Part shown: positions 15,537-22,541 of the stretch, piece by piece
Numbering within the stretch: the stretch's first letter is position 1
How the letters are laid out: every line of letters begins with the position of its first letter
Assembly (NCBI RefSeq): GCF_001735745.1
Contig: NZ_CP017260.1
Location: 1,980,001 to 2,012,000, forward strand
From: Formosa sp. Hel1_33_131
Lineage (GTDB): Bacteria > Bacteroidota > Bacteroidia > Flavobacteriales > Flavobacteriaceae
DNA length: 32,000 bases
Direction: 5' to 3'
Position numbers and translations under genes: made by a program
The notes under the pieces: generated by a model
The model's input: the letters and a program-made list of their open reading frames with translations, nothing else
What the model was told of the DNA's origin: nothing
Databases searched by the model: none

Positions 15537-15794
15537 TTAGATGTTTTTTTGTTCATCAATTTTCTTTTGAGCATCAAAATAATGCGCATATCCTTCGTGT
15601 ATTTTTTCAGTCCATTCCGTGCCTTTAGAGTGGTACATTTTTTTACCTTCAATGATTTTAGAAGCCCCTAACGAGAAATCTTTAAGCTCATTGAACTCAA
15701 CCACTAAAAAATAGAACACGCCGCAAGGCACTGGGTAAATGCGGATGCCTAAAGCGTTACAAAACGCCATACGTTGACTTTGTTGGAGATTCAT
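15537..15794 (-). CDS. Hypothetical phage protein, 85 aa
   Basis: ORF track. ATGA overlap with the primase stop. Confidence 0.55.
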   Translation of the reverse strand: MNLQQSQRMAFCNALGIRIYPVPCGVFYFLVVEFNELKDFSLGASKIIEGKKMYHSKGTEWTEKIHEGYAHYFDAQKKIDEQKNI

Positions 15795-18700
15795 ATATCT
15801 GCTTTTATGTCTGTTAATTCTTTACTAAACAACCCGGGATCTTCGTCCTCGGGGTCTCTGTCCGTATTTTGTTCCAACGTGACCAGTCCATTTTTACGCA
15901 TCATAGTGTAATTGAAAGCATAACAACTCTGAGATCCTGCCGCCCCAAAATGTTTGGAAGGAACCAGACCAATAAAATAAGGGCGCGATTTAAAATAACT
16001 GCGCAGCGTGGTCTGTCCAATCACATCAATTCCTTCGCGCTTGGTTGCTTCTTTGTTATAGTCTTGATAAACGGTCTTTAAGCGCAAATACAAAATTTGA
16101 TCGCCGTTGCTGTTTTTGTACTCAACCTTTCTTCTGTTTTCAGTAAGATTAAAAGTCGGATCTGTATCAATTTTAAAATCTTTTTTATCATTAATCATTC
16201 CGTGTTCAAACATATATGTCACAATGTTCCAGAATTCAGTGAGTCCATTACTATCCGAAATCAATTCAGAATTATCAATAATCAATTTCACACAAAGCGT
16301 TTCAACTTCAGCTTCCGTAAATGGAAATTTTATTTTATCCTTTAAAATAGCATAAGTGGTATAAAGCATCGAAACATTTCCGAACATACGCTCCTGATAC
16401 GTTTCTGAGCTTAGAAGCTTTTTTAAATGCCGCTCCGTTTCAGCGTGGACCAATGGCAACCTTTGCTCAAAATACGATCGATGCTTCACAATTTTAACCA
16501 CCAAACTACTGATCCCAGAATTACTCCAGTTCAATAATTTATTATATTCAGACTTCTCTTCAGCAGTAAAACCTTTTACTTTGTCCAACAAAAACAACTG
16601 CGATATAGTTCGAGTAGCCAGTGCATTTTCATTATACGTTGGCATAAACTGTCCGGCATAATAAACCGCAGAATTAATTTTGTCAATCGAACTTCGGTTC
16701 GTTCCAACGCCGTTTCCTTTCTCCCGTCCGTTTCCATTCCAAACCCCCATCAATAGATCCGCAACCTCCGGACGTACCGCCTTATCCTTATATTCGTCAC
16801 AAAAATTAACTGCATTCGTAGTCCGGGTGAGCCTCCGAGACAACCCAACGTGTGTGGCTTGTGTCAAATCCAGAGCTGGCAACCGATAATAAAAGAAGTT
16901 TTGCAGGATCTTTCCAAACCCCGATTTTCCAGAATCCTTTTCACCAAAACCACCCAACAAAGGGAAAAAATCGTAATGCGCCAAAAAGAGATCCCGAAAC
17001 AACGCCCCAAAATTAAAGAGAATACCAGTAATGCCTTTCTCTTTAAAAACAAGAATCATTTGTTTCTGCCAATCCTCTAACGTAATACCAGACTCCTTAT
17101 AAACAAAATACCGGTCATTCTCGTACTTGTCATCGCCCTGTTGGTTGTCTTGATGCATCACTGAAAATGCCGGAGAATAATAATTATCTATTTTTTGATT
17201 ATATTCGTTTTCAACCGCATCAATTCCTTCTAAATTCATGATGCCGTATTTATTAACCGATCTGAATTTCCCTTCCCAAAACACCCCATTCGCAAAGGCA
17301 TAAAAACCTTTGGTATTCCATCCCATCGTCAGCAGCTCGAGTGCCGGTTCAAATTCTTCTTCAAATCGATACACAAATTTGTCAAAATGTTCTGTTCGTA
17401 CACCATTATGAGTCAAAAACATGAAACCGCCAATACGAAAAAGGTATTTTCTAAAATCATTGAAATTTGCAAGCATATCACTATCAAAATCAATCAGTTT
17501 CTTTTTGCCTCTTAAATTAGTGATTTCACAAAGGCGTTTGTTTTCCTTATCTCCTTGTATATGGAACAGGGGTTCCATCTTAAAAGTAGTCCCTTGAAAA
17601 AAGGTGGTGTTTGTGGTTCTTTGGAAATGGTAAGAATTGCCAACCGTTACAAATCCATGACCTTCCATATATTCATCTTTATCTGCACCATCAGGCAAAC
17701 GAACCCCACGCATCGAAAGCTTGCCGCCTTCAGTTTCTTTGACCTCCGTGGATTTTACTTCAAACTTTCCAATTTCAGCCTTGAGCGTAGTGGCTCCAAT
17801 TTGCAATAATTTTGCAACTTGCTTCACATACTCCGTCCGTTTTACCTCATGCTTTATTAAAAATAAGGTTTCAGCCACATCCGTCACCGCCTTCGCTTTT
17901 TTGTAAGGATCAATTTTTTGTACCTCACTTAATTCTTGTGTTTTTTGGGCTTTCAGTTGTCTAATATTTTTGGAAACATCTTTGTTTGTTTCTTTGGCGG
18001 CTTTCAGTTCATCGCCTTTCAAATCCGTTAAATCAATTTTAACATTCAATTCTTCTTCAATCAACAAATCAAACTGTTTTGTAGTTGAGTCCAAATCTGC
18101 TTGATACCGATCGCGAATCATTTCAAATTGAGACGCTTTATACAACACGGCATCCTGTTTGTTGTCGTTGATCCAAGTATGCATATCTAACTGAATCCGT
18201 GCAAAGCTGTCTGGATCTTCTCCATCCGGGAGGATGCAGATCGATACATTCAATCCATAAGACAGACACAAATCAATATCACCATCTTTTTTGAGCATCG
18301 TCCGTAAGCCTGCTGGGTCACCATCGCGCAATAAAATAACTTCTTCAGCATATTTTTTTAAAAGCTGCACATGTTTCGTTGTCAGAGCCGTACCGCACGA
18401 TGCTACCGTGTTTTCGCAATTGTGCTGGTGCATGGCAATTACATCCGTATAACCCTCCGTTAGAATGACCGCACCGAGCTTGTTAATCGTTCGCTTTGCT
18501 TGGTACAACCCGTATAAAATCGAAGATTTGTCATATATTGGATTTTCCTTTGAATTCAAATATTTATAACTCGAGTCAAGTTTTGGATCGTTCGACTGAC
18601 GGCCGCCAAAACCAACAACGGATCCTTTTTCGTTGTGGATTGGAAACATGAGGCGGCTTCTAAAAAAATCGTAGGTAGAAGATTCTTTTGTTTTTATCAA

Positions 18701-19246
18701 CCCTAATTCTTTGGCCGTCCCAACAGTGGCTTTTTCAATCGCCCATTTAGTCAGCTTGTTTTGGTCGCAACTGTACCCTATTTCAAAATTGATAAGACTG
18801 TCCTCGTCAAAACCTCGATCGGCTATCATTTGCTTTGCCCAGTGCGACGGTTTCAATTTTCGGAACGCGTTCACAAAACTGCGATTTGCTTGTTTTGTAA
18901 GCGTGTACATTTCTGTTTTAATATCCCTTTGTCGTTGAACTTCTGGAGTCACAGCTTCTTCATCCAAAAAAATGTTGTGAATTTTAGAAATGATTCTCAC
19001 CGCATCCAAAAAATCTACAGATTCATGTTGCATGACAAATGCAATCCCATCACCACCAAAGCCAGTGGAATAGCATTTAAAAATCTGTTTTACTGGAGAT
19101 ACCACAAACGAAGCTGTTTTTTCTGTTGCAAAAGGAGACTTGCATTTATAATTACTTCCGGCTTTTTTTAATTCCACAAAATTAGCAATCGTTTTTACGA
19201 TGTCGGATTCTCTAACTCTGTCTATGGATGCGTTGCTATAACTCAT
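15791..19246 (-). CDS. DNA primase (CHC2 zinc finger + Toprim) fused to a large C-terminal P-loop domain; putative primase-helicase
   Basis: It has a zinc-finger region (CKSPFATEKTASF...FKCYSTGFGGDGIAF), Toprim motifs (ILTEGYTDV, LLRDGDPAG) and a Walker A-like GEKDSGKSGFGK near residue 760. Confidence 0.85.
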   Translation of the reverse strand: MSYSNASIDRVRESDIVKTIANFVELKKAGSNYKCKSPFATEKTASFVVSPVKQIFKCYSTGFGGDGIAFVMQHESVDFLDAVRIISKIHNIFLDEEAVTPEVQRQRDIKTEMYTLTKQANRSFVNAFRKLKPSHWAKQMIADRGFDEDSLINFEIGYSCDQNKLTKWAIEKATVGTAKELGLIKTKESSTYDFFRSRLMFPIHNEKGSVVGFGGRQSNDPKLDSSYKYLNSKENPIYDKSSILYGLYQAKRTINKLGAVILTEGYTDVIAMHQHNCENTVASCGTALTTKHVQLLKKYAEEVILLRDGDPAGLRTMLKKDGDIDLCLSYGLNVSICILPDGEDPDSFARIQLDMHTWINDNKQDAVLYKASQFEMIRDRYQADLDSTTKQFDLLIEEELNVKIDLTDLKGDELKAAKETNKDVSKNIRQLKAQKTQELSEVQKIDPYKKAKAVTDVAETLFLIKHEVKRTEYVKQVAKLLQIGATTLKAEIGKFEVKSTEVKETEGGKLSMRGVRLPDGADKDEYMEGHGFVTVGNSYHFQRTTNTTFFQGTTFKMEPLFHIQGDKENKRLCEITNLRGKKKLIDFDSDMLANFNDFRKYLFRIGGFMFLTHNGVRTEHFDKFVYRFEEEFEPALELLTMGWNTKGFYAFANGVFWEGKFRSVNKYGIMNLEGIDAVENEYNQKIDNYYSPAFSVMHQDNQQGDDKYENDRYFVYKESGITLEDWQKQMILVFKEKGITGILFNFGALFRDLFLAHYDFFPLLGGFGEKDSGKSGFGKILQNFFYYRLPALDLTQATHVGLSRRLTRTTNAVNFCDEYKDKAVRPEVADLLMGVWNGNGREKGNGVGTNRSSIDKINSAVYYAGQFMPTYNENALATRTISQLFLLDKVKGFTAEEKSEYNKLLNWSNSGISSLVVKIVKHRSYFEQRLPLVHAETERHLKKLLSSETYQERMFGNVSMLYTTYAILKDKIKFPFTEAEVETLCVKLIIDNSELISDSNGLTEFWNIVTYMFEHGMINDKKDFKIDTDPTFNLTENRRKVEYKNSNGDQILYLRLKTVYQDYNKEATKREGIDVIGQTTLRSYFKSRPYFIGLVPSKHFGAAGSQSCYAFNYTMMRKNGLVTLEQNTDRDPEDEDPGLFSKELTDIKADI

Positions 19247-19427
19247 TCTTTGATTTTACTAGTGTATTATAATATTCTTGGACGTTCATCTTAGGTAAAA
19301 ACACCGCTTTTTGAGTGGTATTAAAGACGGATAATTTTAAACGCTTCTCAATTTTGTTTTCAATCGGGGTTGAGAATTTCCGCCTTAACTTCAATCGTTT
19401 TTGTAAGTTTCTTTTGTATGTTGACAT
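19236..19427 (-). CDS. Very basic 63-aa ORF overlapping both neighbours; doubtful
   Basis: ORF track only. It overlaps 19360..19563 by 68 nt in another frame. Confidence 0.25.
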   Translation of the reverse strand: MSTYKRNLQKRLKLRRKFSTPIENKIEKRLKLSVFNTTQKAVFLPKMNVQEYYNTLVKSKNEL

Positions 19428-19563
19428 AGCGGTTTAGTTTAGTTCTATAATAATCATTTAACCCTTTTTTGTCTTTAGAGCTAATATTCTTGTCTTGGTC
19501 GGTCAAACTCATCTGATGCTTCAGCTCGTCGATGCGGTTGTTTATATACGTGATTATGCTCAT
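19360..19563 (-). CDS. Hypothetical phage protein, 67 aa
   Basis: ORF track. Its start overlaps the upstream stop (TAATG). Confidence 0.5.
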   Translation of the reverse strand: MSIITYINNRIDELKHQMSLTDQDKNISSKDKKGLNDYYRTKLNRYVNIQKKLTKTIEVKAEILNPD

Positions 19564-19727
19564 TATTTTTTAGTTTCACTTTTCAGAAACGCGCTAAAAG
19601 CTTTCACTTCAGAAGGTTTGAATTCATTGGGCGTTCTGGTGATTAAATTAGAATTACTGTCTCTGTACACTTCCTTTCCATTGATGGAGTAGGTGTCGTC
19701 GCCTGTTTTTTTAATTTCTATGACCAT
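19563..19727 (-). CDS. Hypothetical phage protein, 54 aa (MVIEIKKTGDDTYSINGKEVY...)
   Basis: Hand translation; it is below the ORF-track size cutoff. It overlaps the upstream gene by 10 nt and the downstream start by 1 nt. Confidence 0.45.
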   Translation of the reverse strand: MVIEIKKTGDDTYSINGKEVYRDSNSNLITRTPNEFKPSEVKAFSAFLKSETKK

Positions 19728-19921
19728 AATTGAAGTATTTCTTGATACAAACAGTATGCATTATAGCACGTAAAAACCCCGATAGCAATCCCCGGTACAC
19801 CCCAGATCACCAACCATTTTTTTTCATTTCTTTTAAAATGATTTATAAACTGAATGGCATAAAAAACAAGCATCGCAATCCAAATAATTTGAAGTACAAT
19901 AAATATAAATAGGTGGTTCAT
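19718..19921 (-). CDS. Small membrane protein, 67 aa, two predicted TM helices
   Basis: ORF track. There are two hydrophobic stretches separated by HFKRNEKK. Confidence 0.55.
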   Translation of the reverse strand: MNHLFIFIVLQIIWIAMLVFYAIQFINHFKRNEKKWLVIWGVPGIAIGVFTCYNAYCLYQEILQLWS

Positions 19922-20014
19922 GATTTTTATTTTTATTTGGGATGATAGAGAGAAGGCTTATAAACTCCCTATCTGCCCCAAATTGGTTAACTTTTTTTAG
20001 CCTTTTTGGTTATA

Positions 20015-20131
20015 TTAATTTGCAAACGATGCTCCGCAGTCATGACAACTAAAGCTGTTATATCCATCAGAACAATGATTTGCAACTTGCTCTAAATTAT
20101 TACTATTACACATTATACAATTGCCCATCAT
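20015..20131 (-). CDS. 38-aa CxxC...CxxC zinc-ribbon-like peptide (MMGNCIMCNSNNLEQVANHCSDGYNSFSCHDCGASFAN)
   Basis: Hand translation. ATGA overlap with the stop of the LuxR-type gene. Confidence 0.45.
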   Translation of the reverse strand: MMGNCIMCNSNNLEQVANHCSDGYNSFSCHDCGASFAN

Positions 20132-20718
20132 GCTATAATTTTATACTGAATTGATAAATAGAGTAATTCCGTTTTAGTCGTCACCCCAAGGGCCCTAAAC
20201 AGTCGAGACTTATGAAAGTCTAGTGTTTTGGTAGTCACCCCAAGCGCGGCCGCAATGGCTTTGTCTGGGAGGTTATCGGCTATAAAATCAACGATCACCA
20301 ATTGGCGAGGTGTGAAAACATGATTTTTGATGTTTATATTTTTTGAATCCCATAACAAGCTAGGACAGTTCCGGGAGTCTCTAAAGTTTTCGGATGGGGC
20401 TAGTTTCCCGTTTTTGATGTCTGGAGTTGCGTCGAGGCTTCCGTACATATAATAAGTGTACAATTCTACTTGTGTACGTAACTTATCAGACACTTCGGAC
20501 AAAAAAGCAATGGCCGTATGGTCTTTTAAATACGCGTTTTTTAGAAGTGTATAATAGTACAAAGGCAAATCACTGAAGTAGTGATTATTCCCATTTTGCA
20601 TCCAAAGGACTTGCTTTGTTTTTCGGACGCCAATAAATTCAAGGTTTGAATCATTAGGCATGAGCCCAGCAATTTGTGGGTAAGCTTTAAAATTTGTAAT
20701 TTTGACATTGTTAATCAT
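20128..20718 (-). CDS. LuxR/GerE-type HTH regulator with an uncharacterised N-terminal domain
   Basis: The C-terminus (TPRQLVIVDFIADNLPDKAIAAALGVTTKTLDFHKSRLFRALGV) matches the LuxR_C HTH pattern. Confidence 0.75.
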   Translation of the reverse strand: MINNVKITNFKAYPQIAGLMPNDSNLEFIGVRKTKQVLWMQNGNNHYFSDLPLYYYTLLKNAYLKDHTAIAFLSEVSDKLRTQVELYTYYMYGSLDATPDIKNGKLAPSENFRDSRNCPSLLWDSKNINIKNHVFTPRQLVIVDFIADNLPDKAIAAALGVTTKTLDFHKSRLFRALGVTTKTELLYLSIQYKIIA

Positions 20719-20744
20719 AGGTTTAAGAATTTGATTAATAAAAA

Positions 20745-21014
20745 TTAAACATCCGCAGTTCCAGCTGCGGATTTTTTATGCAATAAGTTTTCTCTTTTTT
20801 GTTGTAGTGCTAATCGTTTATCAACGACTCTATATATAGCTGCCTCAATTACATCATGGCTTTCACCATTCATCACATTTGTAATATGACTGGTTGAGTA
20901 GGACTGACCGCCCTTGTTAAACTCTTTAGAAGTATTCAATTCTTCTTGAATCAAAGGAGCGCATCGATACCCTATGATGTTTTTAATCGATTCTTTGTCT
21001 GTGGCTGTTATCAT
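20745..21014 (-). CDS. Cro-position early protein, 89 aa (paralog of 24294..24569)
   Basis: It is the first gene of the leftward operon, divergent from the CI-like repressor. It is ~60% identical to the paralog by hand alignment. Confidence 0.65.
   Translation of the reverse strand: MITATDKESIKNIIGYRCAPLIQEELNTSKEFNKGGQSYSTSHITNVMNGESHDVIEAAIYRVVDKRLALQQKRENLLHKKSAAGTADV
20751..20772 (-). terminator. Hairpin ATCCGCAG/CTGCGGAT overlapping the 3' end of the cro-position gene, followed by a U-rich tract
   Basis: 8-bp GC-rich stem. The minus-strand downstream sequence is GUUUAAUUUUUAUU. It lies 27 nt before the LuxR-type start. Confidence 0.5.
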
Positions 21015-21054
21015 GGAAAAACCCTATTTGTTTGTTTCGTTTTTTTCTTTTACT

Positions 21055-21082
21055 TTACTGACGTATTACTGACACAAATATA
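21055..21082 (-). promoter_or_regulatory. Leftward early promoter -7 box TATATTTG (21082-21075) with adjacent TTACTG direct repeats (operator-like)
   Basis: TTACTG occurs at 21055-21060 and 21066-21071 (11-bp period). The same layout is conserved at 24610-24637. Confidence 0.55.
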
Positions 21083-21110
21083 GCATATAAATATACTAGT
21101 ATCCAAATTT

Positions 21111-21485
21111 ATGGTAAATAATTTTACTAATATTAAAAAAAGAATACGTCAAATAGCTAAAGACAAGAACATTAGCTATGAGAAATTATATAAAATAATT
21201 CAAATGACAGACGGAAGTTTTAAAGGTTCTGCCATAGATAGGCCCATAAATTCTGACGCAATAGTAAAATTATATACTCATTTTCCAGACATTAATTTAG
21301 AATGGTTAATCACTGGCCAAGTGAAAACCCCCACAAATGCGGTTCATGAGTCGTCCAATACGCCCGATTTTAAAGCGAAATACTTAGATGTCGTAGAAAA
21401 TTACATGATACTTAATAATGAAAATTCCGAGTTAAGACAGGAACTGAAAACCTTAAAAAAACAATTATTAATTAAAAATGAATAA
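21111..21485 (+). CDS. CI-type phage repressor (HTH N-domain, coiled-coil C-terminus)
   Basis: The domain end INLEWLITGQ is typical of the phage CI repressor HTH family. There is a leucine-zipper-like tail, and the gene is divergent from the early operon. Confidence 0.7.
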   Translation: MVNNFTNIKKRIRQIAKDKNISYEKLYKIIQMTDGSFKGSAIDRPINSDAIVKLYTHFPDINLEWLITGQVKTPTNAVHESSNTPDFKAKYLDVVENYMILNNENSELRQELKTLKKQLLIKNE

Positions 21486-21514
21486 ATAACCCCCTAATTT
21501 AATACCTACTTATT

Positions 21515-21970
21515 ATGAGAAACACAATTACAGCCGTCCTTTTACTTTTTATGAGTTTTGGTTATGCTCAAATTAAAAAAATAGAAGTCACCAAACCAAC
21601 AAGAATTGGCAAAGTTGGTAACTTTGCTGTTACAGAATTTTTTTGTGAGAAGGCAAATAACACTTATAGATTTACTTTTAGAGATATAAATTACACCCAT
21701 TTAACGGAATACAAATCTTTTGAATTTGACGATATAGACAATGCTTTTGAAAATTTATATAACCTAATAATTGAAGGATTTAATAAACCACCAAAAGATG
21801 ACGTTTTTATAGAATTGCCTGAAGGTGTTTTAAAGCTCCATTTTATTAAAGCAGTTGGAATTGTAAATATGAATATGGATTTCTCTAAAAATGGTATATC
21901 TGGTCTCTCGGGCTGGCTAACAAAAAGGAAAGTAATTAAGTTATTTGGTAAAAAGAAAAAAAAGAAATGA
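21515..21970 (+). CDS. Secreted protein, 151 aa, co-oriented with the repressor (lysogeny-expressed moron candidate)
   Basis: Signal peptide MRNTITAVLLLFMSFGYAQ and a poly-Lys tail. Confidence 0.6.
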   Translation: MRNTITAVLLLFMSFGYAQIKKIEVTKPTRIGKVGNFAVTEFFCEKANNTYRFTFRDINYTHLTEYKSFEFDDIDNAFENLYNLIIEGFNKPPKDDVFIELPEGVLKLHFIKAVGIVNMNMDFSKNGISGLSGWLTKRKVIKLFGKKKKKK

Positions 21971-22098
21971 AAAACGAGAATTCAATATCATTTAAGATCA
22001 CCGAAAACGAAGACGACGGACTTTCTTTAGCCATCGAGAAACTACTCAAAAAAGAGCGTTTGTCCCAACAGATTCCCAATGAGAATATAACTAACTGA
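21967..22098 (+). CDS. 43-aa acidic ORF (MKNENSISFKITENEDDGLSLAIEKLLKKERLSQQIPNENITN)
   Basis: Hand translation. ATGA overlap with the upstream stop. Confidence 0.3.
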   Translation: MKNENSISFKITENEDDGLSLAIEKLLKKERLSQQIPNENITN

Positions 22099-22100
22099 TA

Positions 22101-22389
22101 GTCAATATCAAAAATGGTACATTATAACCTTGCCGAGGTCACGAATGAATAGTACAAACAAAAAAAACACCAAGCTTGCTTGAGTGTTTTTTTGTTTGTA
22201 CTATTCTCAAAGCGGAGCTTTGTCAAGATCATGGAATAATCTTGTTAAGTTCCTTAGAAGTAAAAATAAAGAGCTTGTTTTTTTATTAGAGTTTTCAAGC
22301 AGAAACAAAAATAAAAATCTATGATTTTTGGCTTTCTATTTAGACTACGGAGCTTTGTCAAGATCATGGAATACTCTTGCCGAGGTCAC
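22101..22389. repeat. Three copies of a ~42-bp unit CGGAGCTTTGTCAAGATCATGGAATAnTCTTGCCGAGGTCAC (22101-22142 degenerate, 22213-22244 3'-truncated, 22348-22389 intact)
   Basis: Read directly from the sequence. Confidence 0.7.
22147..22206. repeat. Long hairpin with a ~23-bp stem (one bulge) and a 13-nt loop containing CAAGCTTG
   Basis: GAATAGTACAAACAAAAAAAACAC pairs with GTGTTTTTTTGTTTGTACTATTC. It is a possible terminator of the repressor operon. Confidence 0.6.
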
Positions 22390-22508
22390 ACTTGATACTC
22401 AATAAAATGATTAAAATGGGTGTAATATATGACCGCTCAAATAAAGATCACTATTTACTTTGATACAAAAAGACTAAAAAACAACCCTTACTTTGTTACA
22501 AAATATAT

Positions 22509-22516
22509 TATATTTG
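22509..22516 (+). promoter_or_regulatory. Perfect Bacteroidota -7 box TATATTTG, 26 nt upstream of the ATPase start
   Basis: Matches the TAnnTTTG consensus. I found no well-spaced -33 TTTG. Confidence 0.4.
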
Positions 22517-22541
22517 CACTTACTTTATAACATAGTATATT

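Larger units (their letters stand above)
1..22100. mobile_element. Prophage (tailed phage), right-hand portion. The left end is outside the window and the right boundary is uncertain (possibly as far as ~25100)
   Basis: Contiguous phage modules are present (terminase, S49 prohead protease, capsid, primase, CI/cro-like switch). Host housekeeping genes start at 25154. No integrase or clear att site was seen. Confidence 0.8.

Noticed and set aside
19236-19563. Programmed frameshift joining 19360..19563 and 19236..19427
   Set aside because: I could not identify a slippery heptamer or a stimulatory structure. It is more likely that one of the two frames is spurious or uses a late internal start.
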